Assembly (NCBI GenBank): GCA_951406725.2
Contig: OX597835.1
Span: forward strand, 46,996,001 to 47,060,000
Source: Octopus vulgaris
Taxonomy: Eukaryota
Reading direction: 5' to 3'
Length of the DNA stretch: 64,000 bases
Made by a program: the position numbers and the translations under genes. This document shows positions 1-13,700 of this stretch, piece by piece. The first letter of the stretch is position 1; each line of letters starts with the position of its first letter. Under the pieces are notes generated by a model. It did not search any database and was not told where the DNA came from. It saw only the letters and a list, made by a program, of their open reading frames with translations.

Positions 1-184
1 TCATAATTCCTTCTTTTGCAATAATTTCCTTTGCTGAAATATATCATTGCTACTTATAAAAAACATTATTTGCAAAACCTCTCGCTTGCTGTTGATTGAG
101 GTTCCTGAATGAGACTTGGAACAGTTCGTGCAAATCAAGGTAACAAAAAAGAAAGAAAAAAGAAGAAAAATAATAATGACAATG

Positions 185-600
185 GCTTAACATTTTGGCA
201 CAAGGCCAGAAATTTCAGGAGAAGGGGTATCGACTGCTACTTATCTTATCGACCCTGAAAGGATAAAAGGCAAAGTCAACCTCGGTGGAATTTGAAATCA
301 GAACTTTAAAGACAAAGAGCCACTCAATGTTTTGTCCAGTATACAAACAATTCGTCCAGCTTGTTATCCTAAATATAATAAATAGATAATCCCTTCTACT
401 GCTGGCACAAGGCTTCAAATTTTTGGGGGGCGGAAATCGATAACAACGACCCTCAAAGTTCAACTGGTTTATCGACTATGAAAGAATGAAAAGCAAAGCT
501 AGCTTCAGCGGAATTTGAACACAAAACATAAGAACAGATAAAATGCCTCTTAAGCAGCATTTCGTACGGCGAGCTAACTATTCTGCCAGCTCACTACTTC
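185..600 (-). mobile_element. two degenerate SINE family A copies
   Basis: GGCAAAGTCAACCTCGGTGGAATTTGAA and GCGGAATTTGAAC...TTCTGCCAGCTC blocks. Confidence 0.75.
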
Positions 601-657
601 ATGAATAACAACAACAACAACAATAATGATGATGATGATGATGATGATGATGATAAC

Positions 658-689
<32 letters not shown>

Positions 690-723
690 TAATAATAATA
701 ATAATAACTGATAATAATAATAG

Positions 724-825
724 TGCCTGGTGTACCCTTATCAGACGGGTAGTCATGATGGGTATACTGGGCTTCGTATATTTTACCCCAGTGTCACTTT
801 GATGGCATGTGCTGCTCTCTCACTC
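724..825 (+). mobile_element. 3' fragment of the (AAT)n-embedded element
   Basis: Near-identical to 43418-43520, with (AAT)n on both sides. Confidence 0.85.
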
Positions 826-950
<125 letters not shown>

Positions 951-952
951 TG

Positions 953-1021
<69 letters not shown>

Positions 1022-2018
1022 GCCCTGATGCCGTAAAAACTGCCGAAAAGTTTGAGAATAGTAAATGTCCCAATCAGCAATTCTGACTGCAACATGCTGA
1101 AGAAGCTAAGAGTTGAAAACAATTACTTTTATCTCCAAACAGAAATAAATATACACAACGAACTCTTGTCATTTTTGTGTGCCAAACGTTTTCATCGTTG
1201 AACGATGTCAGTTTATTTACATTTTAACACTATTGCTTCTACTTCCGGTACATATAATATTTAATGGCGAAACCTTGTTCATTTTTACATGCAAGTCTAT
1301 TGTCGCTAATACATCAATTGTTGGTCGCCTGCAAACAACTAGTTGCTAACAAGCAACAGTGGCCGCTTTACTTATTTATTTATCTATTTATTTATTCATT
1401 TTTTTATTGTTATTGTTAACAGAGTCAATTATATAACAAGCAACGACAATAACAACCACAGCAACTTCGGAGTGAGGAGACAAACATTTCGAGCGTCGAG
1501 ATCAAAGCATTCGATAAGAAGACCAGAACCAACTTGTTAATTGTTTATGCCGGTAGAAGACCACGGTTATCCTATTTATTTTATCGAGATTATCAACCTG
1601 CGGAATAAAATGTTAAGTCGGCAACCATAGCAGGATTTGAACCGAGAACATATCAGCTCTTATTAGACACTGCAGTGCATCTTTCTGGCGCTCGAAAGTT
1701 CATACAATTCTCAACATGCTTCTTCATATATTATTATGACATTTCACCTCTACCAAGTAATTTAAATCCTTGATCCGACTCTGTTTTTCAATGGCCACAT
1801 ATATATCGCAAGAGTCGTCACGCTGCACTTCTCTTCACACCTAAACGACTGGATGTGCAATGTGAATTTAGCCTTAAAGATATTTTGGGTCAATCACATA
1901 TGTTTGTACTGTACGATCAGCCAACCGAAATCCTTCTGCAGAAACGGCAAAAGCATTTTGCTTGTTATAGTATCATATATGCAGTTGTTGTATGCACGTG
2001 CCAAGATCTTCTTTTCAA

Positions 2019-2140
<122 letters not shown>

Positions 2141-2144
2141 CATA

Positions 2145-2192
<48 letters not shown>

Positions 2193-2224
2193 CATTATAT
2201 ATGTATGTATATATATATATATGT

Positions 2225-2288
<64 letters not shown>

Positions 2289-2292
<4 letters not shown>

Positions 2293-2434
2293 TAGAAAAA
2301 AACACCTTTTATCAATTCAAAATGAACAATTAAATTACACCATCTAGAAAATTACATATAATTATATGTAATTTTCTAGATGGTGTAATTTAATTGTTCA
2401 TTTTGAATTGATAAACGGTGTTTTTTTCTAATTT
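2289..2434. repeat. near-perfect ~146-bp palindrome (fold-back element) in (TA)n
   Basis: Centre 2361/2362, no spacer, one mismatch (2307/2416). Unique AT-rich sequence continues to ~2540 before (TA)n resumes. Confidence 0.9.
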
Positions 2435-2541
2435 TTTTTTTAATATATATATTATATTGTGTGAAATTTGATTTAGTATTTCTAAATTGAATTTTTTTTC
2501 CTTGTAAGTTTGGATTTTATTCCCTCAAAAAATATTTATTA

Positions 2542-2591
<50 letters not shown>

Positions 2592-2687
2592 TACTTGGAG
2601 GATAAGAAACGATGCGATGCGCTACATATATGTATGTATGTATGCATATGTTTTATTTGTTAAATTGTTATTATATATATATATATG

Positions 2688-2900
2688 AAGGCGCAATGGC
2701 TCAGTGATTAGGGCAGCGAACTCGCGGTTTCGATTCCCAGACTGTACTCTTTCGCCGCAACTTTCTCTCACTCTTTCTTCTGTTGGCCTTCTCACTTAGC
2801 CAGCGGGATGGGATCATTTGAAGGCTCAAACAATGCGAAACGCATTGTGACCAGCGATGTGTAGCAACATCTGATAGCCTGGTCGGTCACGTGATCACGT
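2688..2900 (+). mobile_element. internally deleted tRNA-derived SINE
   Basis: GGCGCAATGGCTCAGTGATTAGG (A box) and GTTTCGATTCCC (B box-like), followed by a non-tRNA body ending in GTCACGTGATCACG. Confidence 0.6.
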
Positions 2901-3597
2901 ATGTGTGTGTGTATGTCTGGCAATATCAAGAAAGAAGAAGGCAATTGATTTGCATGCATATCGACGTTTTTATATGAACGTCATGCCAAATAGGTGCCAT
3001 TCTCTCGCCATTGAAGGACCTTTAAACTCTGCCGAATTTTGTATTTTTTTTTTTTTTGACGTGGTGTGGTTAGTATTGGCGTTGTTGTTGATGGTGGTTG
3101 CGATGGTGATGGTGGTGGGAGTATTGGTAGTGGTGGTGGACGAGGGTGGGGGACGAGAAATAATAACATCTTCGTTAAATAGAATTAGACAACAAATAAT
3201 TAATGATGGATAAATACAGATTGACAGCAGGGAAGCCTACTTACAGGAAGTCTAAAACGAAATGAGGAAGGGAAGAAGGGAAAGCAACAACAACAACAGC
3301 AACAACAAAATTGAAGAAAGCAAGAAAAGAAAGAAGGTGAAAAGAGTGGGGTGGAGGGAAACAAGTACCGAAGGAACGGAGTAATCTGGTGATTTACCTC
3401 TCTTGACAAATCATATTGTGTGTTTTGGGAAATTCAAATAAAACTATAATTTCTCACTGCCTGGAGCGGAATGGGATGTCATTGTGGTGAACGCTACGGC
3501 TTCAGCGTAATGTCAACAATGATAGTGAAAGTAGAAGAAAATATGGCTTTCGAACAAGGGGTGAGTGTGACGCGAACGCAGTGGGTGTGGGTTTGTG

Positions 3598-3672
<75 letters not shown>

Positions 3673-3800
3673 GTGTGCATGTGTGACCCATCGTGTGGGT
3701 AGTGATGGAGAAATGGGATGAAAGAAGCGGAGGTGAAAATAATACAAGTGACTAAATACTTTAATAACTATATTAGATATAAATAATAATAATAATGATG

Positions 3801-3836
<36 letters not shown>

Positions 3837-3853
3837 GTAATAATAATGATAAC

Positions 3854-3928
<75 letters not shown>

Positions 3929-4039
3929 AAGAAGAAGAAGATGAAGAAGAAAAATTATAATCATAATAATGATAATAATAGTGATCATGATAATGATAAT
4001 AACAATGATAATAATAACAACAACAACAACAACAACAAC

Positions 4040-4085
<46 letters not shown>

Positions 4086-4101
4086 GTAATAATAATAATA
4101 G

Positions 4102-4132
<31 letters not shown>

Positions 4133-4533
4133 GGTTTCAAAATTTAGCTCAAGGCCAGCAATTTGTTGGGGAGGGGACAGTCGATTACATCGACCCCCCC
4201 CTCCCCAGTGCTCAGCTGGTACTTATTAAACCGACCCCTCCCCCAGCAAACAATAAAACGATCAGCACCACAACTACCAATGATAAATGATTCCAAATTT
4301 TGACAAAAAGCCAGCAGTTTTAGAGGTGGAGGAGTCGATTAGATGGACCCCAGCATGATAACTGGTACTGTATTTTAGGGTCTCCGGTGTTGAAAGGCAA
4401 AGCTGGCTAGAAATATATTTATCGAAAATATATAATGGTAATTTCGTTTTTATATTTGTTTTGCAAGATTCTTGATGTGAACTTGTTTGTTGAACTCGTA
4501 TGATGTGTCTTGGGAGAGTCATTACGCCAATAA

Positions 4534-4820
4534 TAACACACGCACAGGTTCAATTCCACTTCTGTATTGTTGGTCAGTTGGCTAAATAACTGACTAATTA
4601 ATCGTTTGTTTAACGTGCTAGAGACCAATTCTCAGGAAAACTCAGCAGATCTTGGAGCGAAAAGGGAAGTGGCCGAATCAGTGAAAAGTTCGCAGACAGC
4701 GACGAAGGAACTCTGACTATCGATCGATTAGTTAAACAAACGAACGATTAGTTAGTTGGTTAGAGTATTTAACTGAGTGACTAACAATAAAGAAGTGGAA
4801 TTGAACCAGTGCGTGTGTTA
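4534..4820. mobile_element. short element with ~80-bp terminal inverted repeats (MITE-like)
   Basis: TAACACACGCACAGGTTCAATTCCACTTCT... matches the reverse complement ...AGAAGTGGAATTGAACCAGTGCGTGTGTTA. A diverged relative lies at ~32500-32720. Confidence 0.75.
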
Positions 4821-5025
4821 GCAGAATCGTTAGCACGCTGGGTAAAATGCTTAGCGGTAGTTCGTCCGTCTGTGTTCTGAGTTCAAATTCCGCCGAGGTC
4901 GACTTTGCCTTTCATCTTTTCGGGGGTCGATGAAATAAGTACCAGTTACGCACTGAGGTTCATATAATCGACTAGTCCCTCCCCCTAAATTTTAGGCTTT
5001 GTGTCTTTAGCAGAAAAGATTATTA
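4821..5025 (+). mobile_element. SINE family A
   Basis: GCAGAATCGTTAGCACG...GAGTTCAAATTCCGCCGAGGTCGACTTTGCC. Further copies at ~25061-25196, 31400-31610, 32220-32450, 41474-41680 and 43545-43690. Confidence 0.85.
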
Positions 5026-5711
5026 CTGACGCAATGCCAATAATATTAAGGCCCTTAAAATTATTGGGCTTTTGTCAAACTTTGAGACCATTATTATTGG
5101 TGGTGGTGGTGGTGGTGGTGGTGGTCGTCGTCGTGTTATTTAGAGTCGATAAGATAAGTTATAGGGACGTTAACAAACCAACACTGGTTGTCAAGTGGTG
5201 AGGTGCACACACACGCACGCACACGCACACACACATTGTATGACGGGCTTCCACACAGATTTCGTCTTCCAAATTCACTTACAAGGCATTGATCGGCCCG
5301 AGGGTATGGTAGAAAACACTTAGCCAAAGTCCCAGCCCCACCCCACAGCGGAACTGAACCCGAAACCACATGGTCTAAAAGCGATCTTCTTAACTACAAT
5401 ACCATGCGCACACCTATAATTAACAATCAAAAAATTAGATAATTAAAGGCTTGTTTCCTCCCACAAAAAATATCGGCAGAAGGTGAGTGTAAGACAAATA
5501 CTGACTTGGTTGGAGGGTGACTGGAAGGAGGAGAAGTGGGAGGAGGCTGTGGTGGCGGATATTAATCTCCGTTTATTTTCTCTTCAGATTTTAATGAGGT
5601 TCTTTTTGTGTTAGTTATATTTTAGTTATTGTATTTTATTCATATTTAGTTTTTTTTTTGGGGGGGGGGGTAATGAAAATTCGTTCAAGTTTCGCAACTA
5701 CATGTTATCTC

Positions 5712-5764
<53 letters not shown>

Positions 5765-5826
5765 ACTTTCTTTTCCCTTCTCTTTTCAATTTCTTCTGTC
5801 TCGTTCATTCTCCTTCTATCTGTTTC

Positions 5827-5947
<121 letters not shown>

Positions 5948-6317
5948 TATATACATGCATAGCCTTTCTGGTGACGTCGATGTTCGCCTGGGGCTAAATG
6001 CAACAGTAACACCCCCACCACCCTGCCCTGTCCCTAGCCATATTCAGATGGCTTTAGTCCCTTATGTTATCGAGCAGTTACTGTCTATATCTCTTTTAGA
6101 GAATTATTATTGCTATATATATATATATATATATATATTTACATACATGTATGTATATATGGACAATATGTGTACACTCATGCACCCATACATACATACA
6201 TACATACAAACACACATACATAAATACATACATACATACATACATACATACATAAATATATACATACATGTATACATACATACATACATACATACATACA
6301 TACATACATACATACAT

Positions 6318-6376
<59 letters not shown>

Positions 6377-6559
6377 GCTACGTACAAACTCGTTTTCATC
6401 CATGCATCGATCATATCAGCCGTCAATCCGTACATACTTACTTATAGGCATGCGCACATACATCATAAATACAATATATACACCCATCTAAATATTTACA
6501 CATACATACATAATCACACGCACTCATGGATGATTATATACATATATACACTCATACAC

Positions 6560-6607
<48 letters not shown>

Positions 6608-7364
6608 GCATGTATACATATAGACATACACACATTAAACACATATGATTATGTACGAAAACGTCCACGTAAACTCACACACATACACACACACACACAC
6701 ACACACAAACACACCTAAACACACACCACCACAGAACACCTCCTTTCCGTTCTTTAATTCTATTCGGCCCCTTTATTTACCTCCCTATTTTAAGTCCCAT
6801 ATTTCGCAGCCCCTTGTATTTTACGCCATGAAAGTGTTACCGATCGTCGGCAGAGTTAATTGGTTGTCGTCCGACTCGAGGCAAGAAAAATTGGGATGGT
6901 GGGGTGGGGTGGGGTGGGGTGGGGTGGGGTGGGGGTGAGGTAATGGGGATGAAGGGTGAGGGTGGAATGGGGGATTATCAGATGCAGAACGAGACATGTG
7001 GGGGTAGGGGGAGGGATAGTGAGGACGAAGAAAAAGGGAGAGAAAAAATGATGTGTGGTTGGGATGGGAGGCGATGAAACCCATATCCAAGGAATCGGGG
7101 AAAGACAGGTGGTGGTGGGATTTCGAAGAGGACGAAGAGAAGGAGGTGGTGAGGCGAAGATGAGAGGAGGATAATGCTGTGTTGGGGTTTTGACGGAGTA
7201 AAAACCCTAACAGTAAAAGTGTAAGGGAGCCAAGCCAAGCCAAAAACTGGAAAAAAAAAAGAGGGCGCCAGGGTTTAGCAAGGGAACAAAACTTTTGCAG
7301 TAGGAGTTTGATAAAGAAAACGGTCACCCGCTGCAGAGCTATCGATGCGAGAGGGAGACAGGAG

Positions 7365-7410
<46 letters not shown>

Positions 7411-7422
7411 TAGACAGATAGA

Positions 7423-7482
<60 letters not shown>

Positions 7483-7505
7483 TAGATAGATAGATAGATA
7501 AATAA

Positions 7506-7541
<36 letters not shown>

Positions 7542-7619
7542 GTAGGTAGGTAGGTAGGTAGGTAGAAAGATAGATAGATAGCTAGACAGATAGACAGACA
7601 GATAGATAGATAGATAGAC

Positions 7620-7676
<57 letters not shown>

Positions 7677-7876
7677 CAATTTCTCACCACTGCAACCACC
7701 ACCACCACCTCTACCCCCCACCCCACCCCCACCACCACTACTATCATCATTATCATCATCATCGAGTTTGGCTCCACACTCTCTCCCCGTCAGCATCATC
7801 GCCACGACTGTCGCGACCGACAACACCGTCGCCACCACAAACCTACGAATATCAGGAATCAAAATCAAGTCCGTTT

Positions 7877-7907
<31 letters not shown>

Positions 7908-8589
7908 TGGAATGCGCAATAATCTTACGCGCATACATCCAAGAGCTTTCGCAACCTCAGACACCGCTTCTACCACCACCACCACCACCACCATCCATAC
8001 TCCCACTACTACCACGAATTATAAAGCCAATGTTGAACGGCTTCCCTTTATTTCTAAGTGAAATATTTGTTAATGGTCATTGCTGTTTAATAAGGGAGGA
8101 GGAGAAGAAGAAGGAGGAGGAGCCAGAGGAGGGAATATAAGGGGGGAGGGGGAATATTTGGTCCCTTGTTACGTGGGGCGGGATTGGTGGTGGGGTGCAT
8201 TTGGCCCTTGTTTCTAGTGGGGGAGGAGGGGGCTGAAGTAAATAGAACTCCCTTGAACAGTAGAGATCCGAGGAGGCCAGACACTTTAAGGCCCCTACTT
8301 GATCCTGTTGTTTTTGCTGCGTCGTTTTAACTCCCTCTCATACCCCCTCCACCCGCACCACCACCACCACCACCACCACCACCACCACCCCTGCCGACCA
8401 GCTCCGATCAAAGGGGTCCCAGCTATGGCAACCCCTTATTTGTTTATTTTGCTGTATTTTATTACATTTTTTTTTTCCTATTCTTGTATTCTTTTATTTA
8501 TTTCAGGTACTAGGCTGCGGCCATGCTGGGGTAATTACCGTCTTGAAGGGTTTGCGCGAATAGATCGACCACAGTAGTGAATATATTCA

Positions 8590-8878
8590 TTTCTTTATTC
8601 AGCTATTCTTTTAAAGGTTTCAGCCATTTGACCGCGGCCATGCTGGAGCACCACCTTTACTCGAACAAATCGACTCCAGGACTTATTCTTTGTAAGCCTA
8701 GTAGTAGTCTTTGGGTATCTTTTGCCGAACCGCTAACTTGCGGAGACGTAAACACACCAGCATCGGTTGTCAACCGATGGTGGGTGGGTGGGGACAAACA
8801 CAGACACACAAACATATATACAAGGACAATGTTACTGCTATTTAGCCCCAGGAAAACATCTTTTCTAGTTGGTTACCA

Positions 8879-8922
<44 letters not shown>

Positions 8923-9312
8923 TTATATATAAAAGTGAAGTTGTGTGTCTGTCTCCTACGATTTAGATTCCTAACTACTCCCACATTTTGCGGTGCAGTG
9001 TAACCAAAAGCCGGTATCCTATAGTCGTTATTCATATCGAGCCCTTCTGGGTATTAGCGCGCGTCTATGATGAGTCTACGATTTAAAAAAAAATTACCAT
9101 CATTTTTTCCCATTTTTAATGCATTTTTTTGCTATTATATAAGGGAAGTAACTCTCTAAAAATGTATTATTAAATCTCAGAACGTAAAAAGCTACAGTAA
9201 CACCCCCCTTTGTGGTTAGTCATATTGAGATGGCTATTATACTTTACATCTCTAAAAATGCTTATATAGTTATTTCCCTTACAAACCCGAGCAACGCCGG
9301 GCGATACTGCTA

Positions 9313-9364
<52 letters not shown>

Positions 9365-9490
9365 GACGGACTGCTTTCAGTTTCCGTCTCTCAAATCAAC
9401 TCACATAACTTTGGTTGGCCGGAAGCTATAGTAGAAGACACTTGCTCAAGGATGCACGCAGTGGGACTGAACCCGGAACCATGTAGTCGG
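8590..9490 (-). mobile_element. SINE family B interrupted by the Helitron
   Basis: Tail half at 8590-8820, head half at 9363-9485. Confidence 0.75.
8920..9313 (+). mobile_element. non-autonomous Helitron
   Basis: Starts TC (TCTTTATATATAAAAG) and ends CTAG. GC-rich hairpin CCCGAGCAACGCCGGG (9286-9301) lies 8 nt before CTAG. Inserted between A and T with no TSD. Confidence 0.8.
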
Positions 9491-10621
9491 GATATGTGTG
9501 TGTGTGTGTGTGTGTGTGTCTATAAGTATACGATGGGGTTCCACACAATTTCTGCTTACCAAATTAATTCCCAAAGTTTTGGCTTAGTCTGGGGCCGTAG
9601 CAGAAACTACTTCTTCAAGGTGCCGCGCAGTGAGATTGAACTCGAAGAAACCACGGAGTGTTTGAAGGTTTTGTCAGCTGTTGTAAGAAGTAACACCGCA
9701 GTCCAGAATGGAGATGGTGGTGGTGGTGGGCATGGTGGTGGTGGTGGTGGTGGTGGTAGTAGTAGTGGTTGACGTCGTTTTCGTTGTAGTGACGGCAACG
9801 GTAGTGATAGTAACAGTGGTGACTCTGATTGTAGTGATAGCAGCGATGATGAGGGGGAGTAGTAACAGTAGTTGTAGTATTGACAGTAGTTGTGGTGGTG
9901 GTGGCGGTGGTGGTAGCAGCGGTGTTGGCGTTGGAGGTGATGGAGGCGGTGGTGGTGGCGATGATGGTGATGGTTGTAATGGTGGTTACCGGTCGATGAG
10001 CTTGCGCATAGTTTCCCGTTTCCCAAATTTCCTTGTCAAGGTTTCGAACAATCTGATGCTATGATAAACCCTTCCTTCCTTTTTTTTCTTTTTGCCCCAA
10101 GTTCGAACCCAATTGTGATCGAACCTAGAATAACGTGACTCTAACACAAAATTCGCAACAACGTGGTTATGCGCGCGCCTGTGTGGCACAAACATGACCG
10201 CGTAAGTAAACGAAATCAGAATGTTATGTTTAAATTCAACAAATAAATATATAAATACATTCATAATTAAAGAAACAACAAATTGCAACAAGAAAACCAG
10301 GAAAAAAAAGGTCTCAAGGTATTTTAACGTGAGGAAAAGAAGTATTTAGCATTTATTCTCTGTTTATGGTTCCTATTCAATAATAAACCTAGCTGTGGTG
10401 TGGGCGGGCGGTGGGCGGTGGACGGAGAAGTGGTAACAATGGATGTTGTATTTTTCGCATCTCCGGCGTTAAAAGAGCTCCGGAAAACTTCGTGTCGTAA
10501 TCAATAGGTTTCTTCCCCCGTTGTTCGACTAAATTGATTTGGCTGGTTACCACCAAATACTCTAAAATATGTCTCCAGATTAGTAAACAAACAAAAGCAG
10601 ATAATAAAAGACGGAAGACAT

Positions 10622-11110
10622 GGGGGGGGGGGGGAGAAAAAGAAGAAAAGAAAGAAAGAAAGAAAGAAGAACAAGAACAAGAAGAACAAGAACAGGAACA
10701 AGAACAAGGATGAGGGGGAGAAGAAGAAGAAGAAGGAGGAGGAGGAGGAGAATAAGAATAAGGAGGGGGAGGAGGAGAAGAAAAAGAAGAAGAAGAAGAA
10801 GAAGAAGGAGGAGGAGGAGGAGAATAAGAATAATGAGGGGGAGGAGGAGAAGAAAAAGAAGAAGAAAAAGAAGAAAAAGAAGAAGAAAAAGAAGAAGAAA
10901 AAGAAGAAAAAGAAGAAGAAAAAGAAGAACAAGAACAAGAACAAGAAGAAGAAAAAGAAAATGAAAAAGAAGAAAAAGAAGAAGAAGAAAAAGAAGAAGA
11001 AGAAGAAGAAGAAGAAGAAGAAGAAGAAGAAGAAGAAGAAGAAGAAGAAAAGAAGGAAGAAGAAGAAGAAGAAGAAAAAGAAGAAGAAGAAGAAGAAGAA
11101 GAAGAAGAAA
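10622..11110. repeat. polypurine (GAA)n/(GGA)n tract
   Basis: Directly visible, ~490 bp almost free of pyrimidines on the plus strand. Confidence 0.97.
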
Positions 11111-11683
11111 CACGTGCAAAAATCATATAAGAAAAGGAAAAAAGGGGGAAAAAGCCAGGCAAAAAAAATCAGCGAGGGAAAAGAAAGGGTTAAGGTGGGC
11201 GAAGAAGGATCTATAATAAAACAAGGGAAATATATACAAAAAAAGCACTAAAATTATAAAAAAAAAAAGTATATAAAATAACATGCAATAAAACAACAAC
11301 AACAACAGCAACAACAACTACAATGGCAACAACAACGGAAAGAATATTCTTGATCGTTTGGATATGGATTTCGTGAGATGTTGGCAAATTGCGAGCATCG
11401 GCATAATAACGGTTAGAATAGAATGAGGTTTTCGGTGGTGAACGGCACGGATGTTCATTGTGTTGGGAGAGTATCGATGCTCATGCTACGTGTTTAGTGT
11501 GGCCTTCCTCCTCACCACGTCCCTTATTTCACGGTCAAAGACGATAATTAAAGTTGCAATTTCCATTTATTCAATCGAACTATCGTCCCTGACATTTGAT
11601 AAAAACATTACTCAGTGAAACGCCGACCACTGATTTCTGCTTAAAAGATTCAAAATGTTCGATCGATTTGCGTTTAGTTGGCA

Positions 11684-11834
<151 letters not shown>

Positions 11835-11860
11835 AGCTACCTAGCTACCTAGCTACCTAG

Positions 11861-11922
<62 letters not shown>

Positions 11923-12502
11923 CGGAGATGTACTCGCATAGCAAGTGACTTGATCTGAGATCGTGTGCTGAAACGAAAACAATTGCAGCGTGGAAGGTAT
12001 TTATAAGCCATTTAAGAAACACACAAAAGCCGTTCGATTCACTTCAACATTTAAGTTTAATTTGTCAAAATATTTTCGTCGCTAAAATCCGCGACCTGTT
12101 GTAAATGCAACCCTCCATGGGATAACATATATCCAATATACTGCTAGTGAAGTACCCAACAAAGTTAATACATAAATGTTAAGGATTGCGATGCAATCAA
12201 TTCATTTACTGTATTATATGGGAAAAGGTAAAATGATTTACCACAAATTACTAATACAAGATAAGAAAATGGAGAAATACATCTAAATCAAATATCAATT
12301 ACCAGATAATACTCAATCATATACTTTATTAAACCACCACATAAGAGACTGTAGGGTTAAACATAAAAAAGCAGAACAAATCAGTGTACATAAAGGAATG
12401 TACATAAAAAAGTGCACACAAAAGAGCAATGCTGCACAACAAGCAGAATATATATAAAAAAGAGAATATAAATATAAGTAAATATAGATATAAGTATAAA
12501 TT

Positions 12503-12634
12503 ACATCTTACAGCTGTTTCGGCCATGTAGATAAGTATGTCTCATTTTACCAATATTAGCCTTTTATGGTAGGTCAATATATAGATATAAATGAGACATT
12601 TACAAAAATATCATAAGGCCTCTTCGGAGATATA
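12503..12634 (-). ncRNA. type I hammerhead-like motif with U4C core change and 92-nt stem II insert
   Basis: Minus strand TATATCT-CCGAAGA-GGCC-[92 nt]-GGCC-GAAAC-AGCT-GTA-AGATGTA. 7-bp stem I (one G-U pair). The insert contains an 11-bp inverted repeat ATGTCTCATTT/AAATGAGACAT. Confidence 0.65.
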
Positions 12635-13075
12635 CATATACATATGAGTGCATATACTCACACTCCTATACATATAAAAATATACATATACATAATAATG
12701 TAAATAAATAATATAAATTAGTAAACATATATATGTTCCACATTCAATGTTTCAGTTTTTCAACTTAATATTGTGATAATAAACATACACATATTAGTAC
12801 CTAAATGCAAATATACATAGTCAATAGTACATTATATTACTTCCTACTAATTTCCAAAGTGTCATTAAAGTTAGCATCATTATCGTTGTCAATACCATTA
12901 ATGCTACCATTATTACCATTCATAATATTATTAATAACGCTTACATTAGGATCCAAAGTGGCACATATGTATGTCCGGGTTCCAGTTAGTAATTTTCCTT
13001 ATGACATAAGGAGACAGATAAAAAACGAGACAGATAAAAAAAAAATAGATAAATAAATGTTTGTGACAGACTTAC

Positions 13076-13211
13076 CATCTTTATTCATTCCAGCTTCGAG
13101 ACATTTCTTCAGTCGACATGCTCGGCATTGGTTCCTGTGTGTTTTATCCACTGGGCAATTACCTTGACCGCGTGATTTACATATGTATTGTCTGTTTCTA
13201 CGTATGGAGCG
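13076..13211 (-). CDS. tll: tailless/TLX coding exon for second zinc finger ([45 protein letters not shown])
   Basis: Minus strand CTTCGTCCATCTCTCAACCAG|CGC TCC ATA...AAT AAA GAT G|GTAAGT. 136 nt. Has the TLX-type 7-residue D-box (C-KSRGQGN-C) and the [14 protein letters not shown] motif. Not in the supplied ORF track. Confidence 0.96.
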
Positions 13212-13362
13212 CTGGTTGAGAGATGGACGAAGATATGGAGTTATTCAACTGGACAGAGCTAAACATAGAAGCACATGTAAACTGGTATGCGTGTTTGTGT
13301 ATGTATGTATGTGTATATGTGTATATGTATGTATTTATGTATGTATTATGTATGTATGTATG

Positions 13363-13396
<34 letters not shown>

Positions 13397-13700
13397 TGCA
13401 TGCATAATCGTCACATTATGGGTTCGATTCTCGAATCGCACAGGTTCTTGAGCAAAGTATTTCATTTCATGTTACCCTACAGTCACTTTGACATCTTCCT
13501 TGTGGCACACCTTACACCTCCTTGTGGCACTTCCGTGTGGAACACCTTGCATCTCCTCTCCTCTGCAATCTGTGTCGATTTGATGGAGAGAGTGAGAAGG
13601 TGTACGACACAAACAATTGATCACTACAAACAAATTACCTGTGCAAATTGTTCAACAAGATATTGTAGAAGTACGACAGAAGAGTCCACAATGTATGGAG

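Noticed and set aside
1093-1130. CTGAAGA-AGCT-AAG-AGTT-GAAA hammerhead-like string
   Set aside because: No stem I and no palindromic stem III, so it cannot be distinguished from chance.
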